A stretch of DNA of 50,887 bases from Polyangiales bacterium. Its GTDB lineage: Bacteria; Myxococcota_A; Polyangia; Polyangiales; JADJMO01. This document shows, piece after piece, positions 43,019 to 50,742 of the stretch. Under the pieces are notes generated by a model, which did not search any database, was not told the DNA's origin, and was given only the letters and a program-made list of their open reading frames with translations. Both the position numbers and the translations under genes were made by a program. Location: contig JBKJQC010001264.1 of the NCBI GenBank assembly GCA_046593995.1, positions 1 through 50,887 of the forward strand, written 5' to 3'. Within the stretch, counting starts at the first letter, position 1; each line of letters starts with the position of its first letter.

Positions 43019-43392
43019 ACCGGCGCGAGCGGCAGCGCGCGGGCGTTGCCGCTCGCGATGGTCTTCCAATGGGAACGAACTTCTACGCGCGCACGAACAA
43101 CTGCGAGGCTTGCCACCGCTGCGACCGCCTGCACATCGGCAAGTCCAGCGTCGGCTGGCGCTTCTGCTTCCGCTCGTACGACGAATGGCGCCCGAGCAGC
43201 GTCGAGGAGTGGCGCACGTTCCTCGCCCGTGAGGATGTGGCGATCGTCGACGAGTACGGCGAGACGCATGGGAAGGATGCGTTCTGGAGTCGGGTCGAGG
43301 CCAAGCAGACGCACCGTTCGCACGACGGCGGCAGCGTTGTCTCGTACGCGCATGACGACGTGGCGGACCTGTGCGAACGGGAGTTCTCGTGA
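43015..43392 (+). CDS. hypothetical Cys/His-containing protein
   Basis: GTG 43015 is in a GTGA overlap; ATG 43069 (MGTNFYARTNNCEACHRCDRLHIGKSS) is the alternative start. Confidence 0.7.
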   Translation: MNRRERQRAGVAARDGLPMGTNFYARTNNCEACHRCDRLHIGKSSVGWRFCFRSYDEWRPSSVEEWRTFLAREDVAIVDEYGETHGKDAFWSRVEAKQTHRSHDGGSVVSYAHDDVADLCEREFS

Positions 43393-43838
43393 CGTCGGTC
43401 TTCACCGCCCGGATCGACACGCGCGATCTGGACGCGCTGAACGTCACGCGCAAGTCCGCCGGGCCCGACGGATTGCCGTTCGCACCGTCGTGGCCGCTGC
43501 TCCAGAGCGGCCTCGCTGGCATGCGCGCGGCCGTCGAGAACTGGCAATGCGCGCAAACGATGGAAGGCCGACGCATCGCCGGCGGCGACTACTTCGCGAT
43601 CTACGACCGCGCCTACCGCGAGGAGATGCGCCAGAGCTACGTCGAGCATCGCGCCGTCTGGGACGCGCTGCTCGCCCGGACGCGCGTCGTCCTCACCTGC
43701 TACTGCGTCGACCACCTGCTCTGCCACCGGTCGCTCCTCGCGCACGACATCCTGCCCGCGCTCGGGGCGGTGTACGGCGGCGAGCTCTCGCGACCGAAGG
43801 CGCAGGGCGACTTGTTCGGAAAGGAGCCGGGACCGTGA
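43389..43838 (+). CDS. DUF488-family protein
   Basis: GTG 43389 is in a GTGA overlap. Contains LTCYCVDHLLCHRSLLA. Confidence 0.75.
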   Translation: MTSVFTARIDTRDLDALNVTRKSAGPDGLPFAPSWPLLQSGLAGMRAAVENWQCAQTMEGRRIAGGDYFAIYDRAYREEMRQSYVEHRAVWDALLARTRVVLTCYCVDHLLCHRSLLAHDILPALGAVYGGELSRPKAQGDLFGKEPGP

Positions 43839-44203
43839 GCGCCTTTGCTCGTGAGTTGATCGAGGAGTTCCGTCGCGCCTTGCGTGAGGACCCGACCTTC
43901 GCGCGCGAGCTCCGCGACATGCTCGGCGCCCCTGCTCCCGTCGGCGGCGATCCGACCGACCCGGTTGCGAAGCCGCTCGCCGCGCGACTGCTCGGGATCC
44001 ATCAGACGACGCTCGACCGCGCCGTGCGCCACGGATGCCCAGTGACGCGCTTCAACGGACGTAAGCGGTTCGACATGGCCGCCGTCCGCGAGTGGTTCGC
44101 GGCGCAGAAGTCGAAGAGGGCGCCGTCCGCGACCACGCCAGACAACGACCCGATCAACGTCGACCACGTGGTGCGCCAGCTCGGAATGCGTCGGAGGGCC
44201 TGA
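43835..44203 (+). CDS. xis: excisionase-type HTH protein
   Basis: GTG 43835 with AAGGAG upstream. Contains LLGIHQTTLDRAVRHGCPVTRFNGRKRFDMAAVREWF. Immediately upstream of int. Confidence 0.7.
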   Translation: MSAFARELIEEFRRALREDPTFARELRDMLGAPAPVGGDPTDPVAKPLAARLLGIHQTTLDRAVRHGCPVTRFNGRKRFDMAAVREWFAAQKSKRAPSATTPDNDPINVDHVVRQLGMRRRA

Positions 44204-44205
44204 CC

Positions 44206-45687
44206 GTGCCGAACGAGCGAACGGGTACGATCGAGTGGAAGCGAGGCGTGGCCTACGCCCGCGTGTGGCTCGACCGCCCGGACGGCACGAAGCAGCGTAA
44301 GCGCGTGAAGCTCGGCACCCGTGACCCGAAGGTCGCCGAGCGGATGCTCGCGAAGGTCAACGGCATGATCGCGCGCGGCGATCTCGTCGCCGACGACGGC
44401 GCGGTGGAGGCTGGGCCCGACGAGTTCCGCGCGTTCGCCGAGCAGTGGGTGACGAACCGGAAGACGCGGAAGGTCGCGATGGCTCCCGACGAGCACATCA
44501 ACCTGAGGCGGCACGTGTACGAGGTGCAGACCGAGGGACGCGCGTTCGGGACGATGTGCCTGATCGACGTGCGCCCGCGCCACATCGTCGCGGTCCTGCA
44601 GGCGGTGATCGACGAGGGGCTGGCCAAGGGCACGGTCGACCACGTGAAGCGGCTGCTCTCCCGCATCTTCCGCGCGGCTGTCGGGAAGGACCTGATCCTC
44701 GCGAACCCCGTCACGGCCGCGGACACCCCCCGGATCCCGGACGCCCAGAAGACCGAGAAGGAGCGCGAGATCCTCACGGACGCCGAGGTCGCGCAGTTCC
44801 TCGAGTGCGGAAAGGTCGACCTCGAGCTCCGCATGATGTCGCTCGTCGCGCGCACGCTCGGTGGCGGGCGCACGAGCGACGTGAACCGCTGGGCCTGGAC
44901 GCACATCGACACGCGCACGTTCGAGGTGTGCACCATCCCACGGAGCAAGACCGGCAAGCCGCAGCGCATCGAGATCCCTGAGATGCTTCGCCCGTTCCTT
45001 GCCGCGTGGTGGATCGGCGCAGGCAAGCCGGCAGGCGGCCCCGTGTTCCCGGTGACGAGGGGGAAGCGGAAGGGCGAGTTCCGCGCCACCCGCGGCGTGA
45101 GCTACGCGAAGCGCCTGCGACGCGCGCTGAAGGTCGCCGGCGTCTTCCGCACCGAGCTCCACCAGGAGACGGAGACGACGCTCCCCGTCGACTTCCACTC
45201 GTTCCGGCGCGCGTTCGCCACGGCGCTCGCCGAGGCTGGGGTCAATGAGCAGAAGGCGATGGCTCTCGCCTCGCACTCAGACCCGAAGACCCACCAGCGC
45301 TACGTGATGAAGACGCGCGCCATGATGCGGATTCCGGCCGCCGCGCTCCCGTCCTTCAATGGCGGGACCGAGAACGATGAGGCCCCCGCGGGGGACAGTT
45401 CCGCAGAGGCCTCGCCGCAAACCGCTTTATTCGGAGCGGGAAACGGGATTCGAACCCGCGACCCTCAGCTTGGGAAGCTGGATAGCGCTTCGGATCGCTC
45501 GGGAAAGCTCGACGATCGAGGCTTCACCCTACCACGGCGGGTGCCGTTCGGGGACGCGTGCTTCACGTGGCTTCGGTGCGATGGGTCCCCGCTGTCCCCA
45601 TGGGACGCCGTCCGAGGACCAGCGTTTGAGCTACGGCGCGGCCGCGTGATTCATATCGTCGAAGAGCGGCTTGGAGGCCTGACATGA
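44206..45687 (+). CDS. int: tyrosine integrase; ORF continues through the att core
   Basis: GTG 44206. AP2-like arm-binding N-terminus (GTIEWKRGVAYARVWLDRPDGTKQRKRV). Catalytic motifs GGGRTSD, HSFRRAFATAL and ASHSDPKTHQRYV (Tyr codon at 45301-45303). Confidence 0.9.
   Translation: MPNERTGTIEWKRGVAYARVWLDRPDGTKQRKRVKLGTRDPKVAERMLAKVNGMIARGDLVADDGAVEAGPDEFRAFAEQWVTNRKTRKVAMAPDEHINLRRHVYEVQTEGRAFGTMCLIDVRPRHIVAVLQAVIDEGLAKGTVDHVKRLLSRIFRAAVGKDLILANPVTAADTPRIPDAQKTEKEREILTDAEVAQFLECGKVDLELRMMSLVARTLGGGRTSDVNRWAWTHIDTRTFEVCTIPRSKTGKPQRIEIPEMLRPFLAAWWIGAGKPAGGPVFPVTRGKRKGEFRATRGVSYAKRLRRALKVAGVFRTELHQETETTLPVDFHSFRRAFATALAEAGVNEQKAMALASHSDPKTHQRYVMKTRAMMRIPAAALPSFNGGTENDEAPAGDSSAEASPQTALFGAGNGIRTRDPQLGKLDSASDRSGKLDDRGFTLPRRVPFGDACFTWLRCDGSPLSPWDAVRGPAFELRRGRVIHIVEERLGGLT
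45433..45481 (-). other. attP-like core: 3-prime ~49 nt of a tRNA-Gly(CCC) gene (not a complete tRNA)
   Basis: The minus strand reads CCAGC TTCCCAA GCTGA GGGTC GCGGG TTCGAAT CCCGT TTCCCGC T CC. The upstream sequence has no GCGGGAA acceptor strand and no D-arm. Confidence 0.7.
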
Positions 45688-45960
45688 CCACTCCCGTCAG
45701 TGCGCCACGCCCGGTGCAGAAGTGCGCTTGCGGCGCGGACTGCGGTCATCACGTTTCGCAACGTGCGGGTCATCCGCATCACGACCTACGCGAAGGTGAG
45801 GGCGACATGACGGATTCGGTCAGTGCGGTCGACCTCATTCCGCCGGGGTCGTTCAGCGACTGGCGCAAGGCCGGCGTGCCCGTGCGGGAGGGGCACCAGT
45901 GAGCGTGGTCCACCTGTCGACGATCCCTTTCCGCGCGTGCCCGCAGCATCTGCCGAAATA

Positions 45961-45999
45961 ACGAAAACCCCGGCCCCACCCTTGCGGGCAGGACCGGGG
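45961..45999 (-). terminator. rho-independent terminator of the minus-strand lysis/late transcript
   Basis: The minus strand reads CCCCGGTCCTGCCCGCAAGGGTGGGGCCGGGG followed by TTTTCGTTATTT, about 130 nt after the stop at 46129. Confidence 0.55.
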
Positions 46000-46128
46000 C
46001 TACGTCCGCGCGCGCGGAGGGAGGAACGCGCACGCTGGATCTGTCAGCACTCCGGCCGCGGCATCGTCGTCGCGAGCCACCAACACAACCGGTCGGCCAT
46101 CTCCTCGGAGACCTCGCACTCGATGGTG

Positions 46129-46614
46129 TCATTCGCCCCCGTCGCGCCGACGGCGTGGTGGCGGGTGGTCCGAGTCCGGAGGATCCTCGCGCGGCACGCC
46201 GAGCGCGGGCCGACGCTGCGCTGCCGGTGGCGGGAGCTGCTCGGACCAGCCGATCGCGGGATGCGAGCCGGTGCGTTCGTTCACGACGTCGCCAACGATC
46301 GCCGCGATGCTGCGGCGCACGCCCTCGGCAATCGGGCGTTCCTGCGAGCCGTGCGCCTCGAGCCCGCGCTGGATGCCGGCGACGCGCACGGCCAGAGCCG
46401 CGACCGCGCTCTCGATCTGGTCGGTGCGGTTCGCGATGCCGAGTCGGATCTTGCTGTCCCGCTGCTCGTCGGGGTCGCCGTTTACCGCGCGATGTAGCGC
46501 GGGAATCTTGCCGACGTCATCGACGCGGCGAAACGCCCAGTAGGCTGCGCCAGCCGCGGCGCTGAGAGCTCCGCACACTACGATCAGGGTCGAGAGGTCG
46601 ATCGTGATCTGCAT
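46129..46614 (-). CDS. N-terminally anchored membrane protein (holin or i-spanin candidate)
   Basis: ATG 46614. MQITIDLSTLIVVCGALSAAAGAAYWAF, then a helical soluble part. Last gene of the lysis block. Confidence 0.7.
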   Translation of the reverse strand: MQITIDLSTLIVVCGALSAAAGAAYWAFRRVDDVGKIPALHRAVNGDPDEQRDSKIRLGIANRTDQIESAVAALAVRVAGIQRGLEAHGSQERPIAEGVRRSIAAIVGDVVNERTGSHPAIGWSEQLPPPAAQRRPALGVPREDPPDSDHPPPRRRRDGGE

Positions 46615-46702
46615 GGATTCTCTCGGCGTGGGCAACGGTGGCGACGGAAGCCGCGTACACGCACGCGGCAGACAATTGGAGCGCGGCGTCGACGATGGTC
46701 AT
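46517..46702 (-). CDS. possible small TM peptide coupled to the endolysin stop (only the first ~28 codons look coding)
   Basis: ATGA overlap at 46699-46702. Reads MTIVDAALQLSAACVYAASVATVAHAE. G/C3 collapses where the next gene starts. Confidence 0.3.
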   Translation of the reverse strand: MTIVDAALQLSAACVYAASVATVAHAERIHADHDRPLDPDRSVRSSQRRGWRSLLGVSPRR

Positions 46703-47568
46703 GCGATGGGATCCTCGTCGGTCTTGATCGTGTGCTCGCCCTCGGGGACCTCGATGCCCACCGGGCCTTCGAACGTGCCGAGCGGCTCGCGGACCGCGCG
46801 CATGCTCTGCGAGCTCCGCGTGCGCGCCTGCGTGGTGTCCGGCAGCGTGTCGGGGATGGGGGTCGCGTCGTCGTCGCGCAGGCATCGCGCGTAGCCGTCG
46901 GCCGTCGCAACGTTGTAGTCCGCGTCCACGCCGTTCGGGAGCACGCATCCGCCGTCGCCGTCGAACTGCCACACCCACTCGGGAATGCCGCGCGAGCGCC
47001 ACGGATAGGGCAGCCTGGCGGTCGGCAGCGTCGGCGGCGAAGAGGCGCACGTGGTGCGGTCGGCGAGCGCGACCCGCGGGTACTGCGAGTGCCACAGGCC
47101 GTAGCTCACGAGCTCGTCTACCAGCTCGCGGGACACGAGCCGGTCGAAGTCCCGGTCGGCGGCGACGAGCTGTGCGACGTACCAGTCGCCGGTGTAGACC
47201 AGCGCGTCGCCAAGCAGATGGCGCGCACGGCGGAGCGCTTTCAACGCGTGGAGGACGAGCGCCTCCCCGCTGTGCTTCGTCGACGGCTCCTCCCAGTCGA
47301 TCGCCGCGTGGAGCTCGCCGCGGTCGCCGGCGGCGTCGAGCGTGCGCGCGAGGTGCTCGGCCTGCAGCGTGGGATCCGAGTCGGTCAGCCAGTGGTAGGC
47401 GCCGCGCGGGATGTGACCGCGGCTGGCGGTCCAGTTCTGCGAGAACCGCGGATCGAGCCCGAGCCCGTGCGTCGCCTTGATCCACGCGTACATGGCGCCC
47501 GAGCGCGCGACGTCGGCCCAGGGGACGACCGCCTGCCAGCGGGACACGTCGATGCCGATGAGGCTCAC
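46699..47568 (-). CDS. GH25 muramidase endolysin with unassigned C-terminal domain
   Basis: GTG 47568 is in a GTGA overlap. Contains IGIDVSRWQ, GAYHWL and AAIDWEEP. 289 aa. The upstream 97 aa of the track ORF are shadow. Confidence 0.9.
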   Translation of the reverse strand: MSLIGIDVSRWQAVVPWADVARSGAMYAWIKATHGLGLDPRFSQNWTASRGHIPRGAYHWLTDSDPTLQAEHLARTLDAAGDRGELHAAIDWEEPSTKHSGEALVLHALKALRRARHLLGDALVYTGDWYVAQLVAADRDFDRLVSRELVDELVSYGLWHSQYPRVALADRTTCASSPPTLPTARLPYPWRSRGIPEWVWQFDGDGGCVLPNGVDADYNVATADGYARCLRDDDATPIPDTLPDTTQARTRSSQSMRAVREPLGTFEGPVGIEVPEGEHTIKTDEDPIA

Positions 47569-47852
47569 GGCGTCACCTCCGGGAGATCGACGGTGGTCCC
47601 CGCGAGCGGGTGCGTGCAGTCCGAGAGGAACTGGATGCGGCCGTCGGTCACGAACGAGTGGCAGACCATCGGTCGCACGGACGCTGCGCGCGCTTCGTCG
47701 GTCTCCGCGTCGAGGTCCCAGTCCTTCCACCGCACGAGGATCGACGGCGTGAACGTGGGGCGGTCGAACGAGCCGTTGAATCCCCACGCGCGAGGGCCGG
47801 TGACGGGCAGCACGTGGTGGTCGCCGCATCCGGGGCAGTCGATGCGGACCAT
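47565..47852 (-). CDS. DUF6527-like Cys-rich protein
   Basis: ATG 47852. Reads MVRIDCPGCGDHHVLPV...PTFTPSILV...CHSFVTDGRIQFLSDCTH. Confidence 0.7.
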   Translation of the reverse strand: MVRIDCPGCGDHHVLPVTGPRAWGFNGSFDRPTFTPSILVRWKDWDLDAETDEARAASVRPMVCHSFVTDGRIQFLSDCTHPLAGTTVDLPEVTP

Positions 47853-47887
47853 GTCGCAATCGCCGCCCACGACTCGCTTCGCCCGGC

Positions 47888-48013
47888 TCACGCCCACCCC
47901 AGCAGGTCCGCGACGAGCTCGCGCGGGTGCAGGATGGCGGACACGAGGCAGCGGCCGAGGGTCCACAGGTCCTGGCGCACGCTGTTCAGCATCGCGGCGA
48001 GGAGCGCCTTCAT
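47888..48013 (-). CDS. micro-ORF (41 aa)
   Basis: ATGA overlap with the upstream stop. Every codon ends in G or C. Reads MKALLAAMLNSVRQDLWTLGRCLVSAILHPRELVADLLGWA. Confidence 0.55.
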   Translation of the reverse strand: MKALLAAMLNSVRQDLWTLGRCLVSAILHPRELVADLLGWA

Positions 48014-49803
48014 GGCGTCGCCGGGTCCAACACGGTGATGGTGAAGACCCCTTCGCTCGGGAACGTCAGCACCGAGAGGTCGGCGAACGTCACGACGACC
48101 CAACCGACGTAGGTGGTCTCGTCCAGCGCGGCCGTCTCCACGGCCGTCCACGTCGCGCGCACCGTGCCGGCCGCAGCCGAGACGATGGTCATCGTCTTCG
48201 TCGTGACGGTGGTGCCGCTCTTCGGCCGCATCTTCAGGACCGCCGTCGCGCCCGTGAGATTCTGCGCGACCGCTGGAGTGCCTGCCTTCAGGGTGAGGTC
48301 GACGTCGGGCTTCGAGTCGCCGCGAGTCAGTTTGTAGCTCATGGGGAAAACCGTCCTTGGTGAGTGGGAAGCAACGGCCAACGCGCGCGGCGCGATCGAG
48401 ACGTCGATCGAGCGCGGTGCGGCGCTGACGACGGCCAACGCGCGCGGCGCCGTGGCGACGACATCCACCGCGCGCGGTGAAGCGTCGCCGGCGAAGACGG
48501 CCAGCCGAGGAGGCGACGTGGCGACGACGACGACACGGGACATCTCGGAGACCTCCACTACGCGCCGCTCGTGGGCGACGACCAACGTCAGCGGGCACTT
48601 CCCGGCCGTGGCCCCGAAGACGGCGAGCGCGTCAGAGTTAGCCGGGCAGATCGCCGAGCCGGCGCTCGTACCGTCAAGAGCTGAGCCCGTGGAGATGAAG
48701 CACGCAGCGGTCGCGGAGCCCTGTGTCGAGCAGGTTGCGGACACGAGCCCCGAGGCGCTCGCGCCGGTGATCGCGCTCGCGAGAGCCGCAGCGAAGATCT
48801 CCGCGCGCGACGAGCCGAGCGCGCCGCCCGCAGCCGCTGCGCTCGTCAGGACCGCTTGCTCGAGCGCGTCCGCCGCGGTGGCGCTCGCCGAGGGGAGTGC
48901 CGTCGCTGGCACCGCGATCGTGACGCCGGTGTCTGCAGCCGCCGAGCCGGTCGGCATCGCGGTCGCGGAGCTCGCGGCGGTCGCTGCCGACGTCGCGGAG
49001 GCAGCGACGTCACCAGAGCAGGACCCGCAAGCGGCGAAGGCACCTGTCGACGACGCTGAGCCGGTTGCGCCGCCGACGGCGCTCGTCAGGACCGTCTGAG
49101 CGGCTGCGTCAGATGCGGTGGCGGTCGCCGCGCTGGTTGCCGTCGCGCCGCTGGCGGAGCTGCTGGTGGTCTCCGCGCTCCCGACGGTCCGCGATGTGGC
49201 TGTGCTCGAGACGCTGCAGTTCGAGGTCAGCGATCCCGAGCTCGACGAGTCGGCCGAGCAGGTCGCGGCCGGAGCCATGGAGATCGCCGAGGATCCGGAG
49301 CAGGTAGCCCCGCCGATCGCCGCGGCCTGCGCCTCGACGACGATCGGTAGGGTCGCGGTGGATGTCGCCGCCGCGCCACCGATCGAGGTCGCGCACGTGG
49401 ACACCGCGACAGACGTCGAGACCGACGCGGTCCCCGAGGCGTGTGCCGCCGCAGCGGTGGTCTGGCTTGAGGTGGTCGCCCCGGCGCACGTCACCGAGCT
49501 CGTCGAGGTGGCCGTGGTGGCGTTCGACGACGAAGGAGCGGCCGAGCAGATCGCGCCGGAGACCAAGGTGGCAGAGACCGTCCCCGAGACCGAGTCGTGC
49601 GACCGCGAGGCCGTCCCGCCGCTGGCCGTGGCCTGGGCGGCGTATACAACCAGTGCGAACGCCACCGCGACGGCACCGGCCTGGGCCGCGGAGCTGCCCG
49701 CCGCAGTCCACCCCGAGGACGACGAGCTCGTGGCGCTGCCGCCCGCCGTCGCGAGCGTGGTGAGCGACGCGGCGCCTCCCTGAGCCGCGAGCAGGAGGGA
49801 CAT
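48010..49803 (-). CDS. Ala/Ser/Thr-rich fibre-like protein with tandem PRxLAV repeats and C-terminal BppU-N-like domain
   Basis: 597 aa. Its ATG follows the upstream TAA directly (TAAATG), and its stop overlaps the next ATG. The last 109 aa (MSYKLTRGDSKPDVDL...) are globular. Confidence 0.7.
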   Translation of the reverse strand: MSLLLAAQGGAASLTTLATAGGSATSSSSSGWTAAGSSAAQAGAVAVAFALVVYAAQATASGGTASRSHDSVSGTVSATLVSGAICSAAPSSSNATTATSTSSVTCAGATTSSQTTAAAAHASGTASVSTSVAVSTCATSIGGAAATSTATLPIVVEAQAAAIGGATCSGSSAISMAPAATCSADSSSSGSLTSNCSVSSTATSRTVGSAETTSSSASGATATSAATATASDAAAQTVLTSAVGGATGSASSTGAFAACGSCSGDVAASATSAATAASSATAMPTGSAAADTGVTIAVPATALPSASATAADALEQAVLTSAAAAGGALGSSRAEIFAAALASAITGASASGLVSATCSTQGSATAACFISTGSALDGTSAGSAICPANSDALAVFGATAGKCPLTLVVAHERRVVEVSEMSRVVVVATSPPRLAVFAGDASPRAVDVVATAPRALAVVSAAPRSIDVSIAPRALAVASHSPRTVFPMSYKLTRGDSKPDVDLTLKAGTPAVAQNLTGATAVLKMRPKSGTTVTTKTMTIVSAAAGTVRATWTAVETAALDETTYVGWVVVTFADLSVLTFPSEGVFTITVLDPATP

Positions 49804-50451
49804 TTATACGCGCTCGTCCCACTCGAGCGATCCGCCGAGACCGAGACCGATCACGGCCGCGGCGATCAGACGGATGGCGAGCCCTTCGCCTGGAGCGAGC
49901 TCGAGGTAGCTCGCCGGCTGGTTGCTCTGCACCAGGTCGAAGTCGAGCTCGGAGATCGAGCCCGTCACGGAGAGCGGCAGGCGGATGGTGTGGAGCGCGC
50001 CCGACGTGTCGAAGACCGCGCTCGTGAGCGTGAGGACGCCGCTCTTCTGCTGGATGTTCGCGTCGGCGATGACGCTCGCGGTGTAGGCCGTGCGCTTCTT
50101 CACGCGCCCGACAGTCGTGCCGGTCGTTGGGTTGACGTTCGTGCCGTATCGAATCAGCTCGTATCCGGACGTCGTCGCAGCCGCTGCCGTTCCGTCGAAG
50201 AGGACTCGGCCGCGGATCGCGCGGATGTAGACGGTGCGACCCGACCCCGTGGGGTTGGTCATCGCGAAGACGGCCGACGCAGACGCATCTGCCGCGGTGT
50301 GCCGGATGCTTAGGTTCGCCAGGTACGAGCCGGTCGGAGACGGATCGACCGCGTTGCCGGCGGAGTCGTAGATGATCACGCGCGCCGCCTTCGGCGTCGT
50401 GTCGACCTCTTGCTTCGTGCCGCTCGGCGAGCCGACCAGTTCAATCGCCAT
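49804..50451 (-). CDS. hypothetical virion protein (beta-rich)
   Basis: 215 aa with ATG start and plausible composition, tightly packed with its neighbours. Confidence 0.75.
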   Translation of the reverse strand: MAIELVGSPSGTKQEVDTTPKAARVIIYDSAGNAVDPSPTGSYLANLSIRHTAADASASAVFAMTNPTGSGRTVYIRAIRGRVLFDGTAAAATTSGYELIRYGTNVNPTTGTTVGRVKKRTAYTASVIADANIQQKSGVLTLTSAVFDTSGALHTIRLPLSVTGSISELDFDLVQSNQPASYLELAPGEGLAIRLIAAAVIGLGLGGSLEWDERV

Positions 50452-50454
50452 CGA

Positions 50455-50739
50455 TCACACCCATACCCATGCGACGGTCCAGAGCCCGTACGCGAGACCA
50501 CCAAGATCTCGCGCATGCGCGTAAATCGTGAAGCCCGTGGCCGCGACGATCGTGCCGGCGACGATGCGCGGCCCGTCGTGTCGATGTTCGTCGGCGCTAT
50601 GATCCGCGGTCGCCGTGGGCACGAGCCAGGCCTCGACGAACGAGCCCGCGACGATGCCGGCCTGACCGGTGACCACAACGCTCGCCTCGGTCGACCCCGG
50701 CCACGCGCCGAAGTCGACCGTCGTCGTTCCCGTGGCCAC
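50455..50739 (-). CDS. hypothetical protein
   Basis: 94 aa with GTG start, 3 nt after the upstream stop. Confidence 0.65.
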   Translation of the reverse strand: MATGTTTVDFGAWPGSTEASVVVTGQAGIVAGSFVEAWLVPTATADHSADEHRHDGPRIVAGTIVAATGFTIYAHARDLGGLAYGLWTVAWVWV

Positions 50740-50742
50740 CCG

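Noticed and set aside
45433-45516. A complete tRNA-Gly gene on the minus strand.
   Set aside because: Only the anticodon arm, T-arm and 3-prime acceptor strand fold. The 5-prime side reads CTTTCCCGAGCGATCCGAAGCGCTAT, which cannot pair with TTCCCGC or form a D-arm with GG. I treated it as an att core fragment.
45684-45961. Small plus-strand ORFs right of the att core (72-aa track ORF, internal 31-aa ATG 45807, and a 20-aa GTGA-coupled ORF).
   Set aside because: They are short, the first half has mixed codon usage, and I saw no motif. They could be moron peptides, but the evidence is too thin to annotate.
48343-48516. Diversity-generating retroelement or other hypervariation system acting on the repeat-containing fibre gene.
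   Set aside because: No reverse transcriptase ORF and no template/variable repeat pair was seen. The repeats are simple in-frame tandem units.
48341-49783. Plus-strand ORFs 48341..49099 and 49118..49783 (Ala/Val/Asp/Glu-rich) as real genes.
   Set aside because: They are codon-mirror images of the minus-strand Ala/Ser/Thr-rich ORF. That ORF has exact coupled junctions with both neighbours and continues into a globular domain. The call remains formally ambiguous without expression data.
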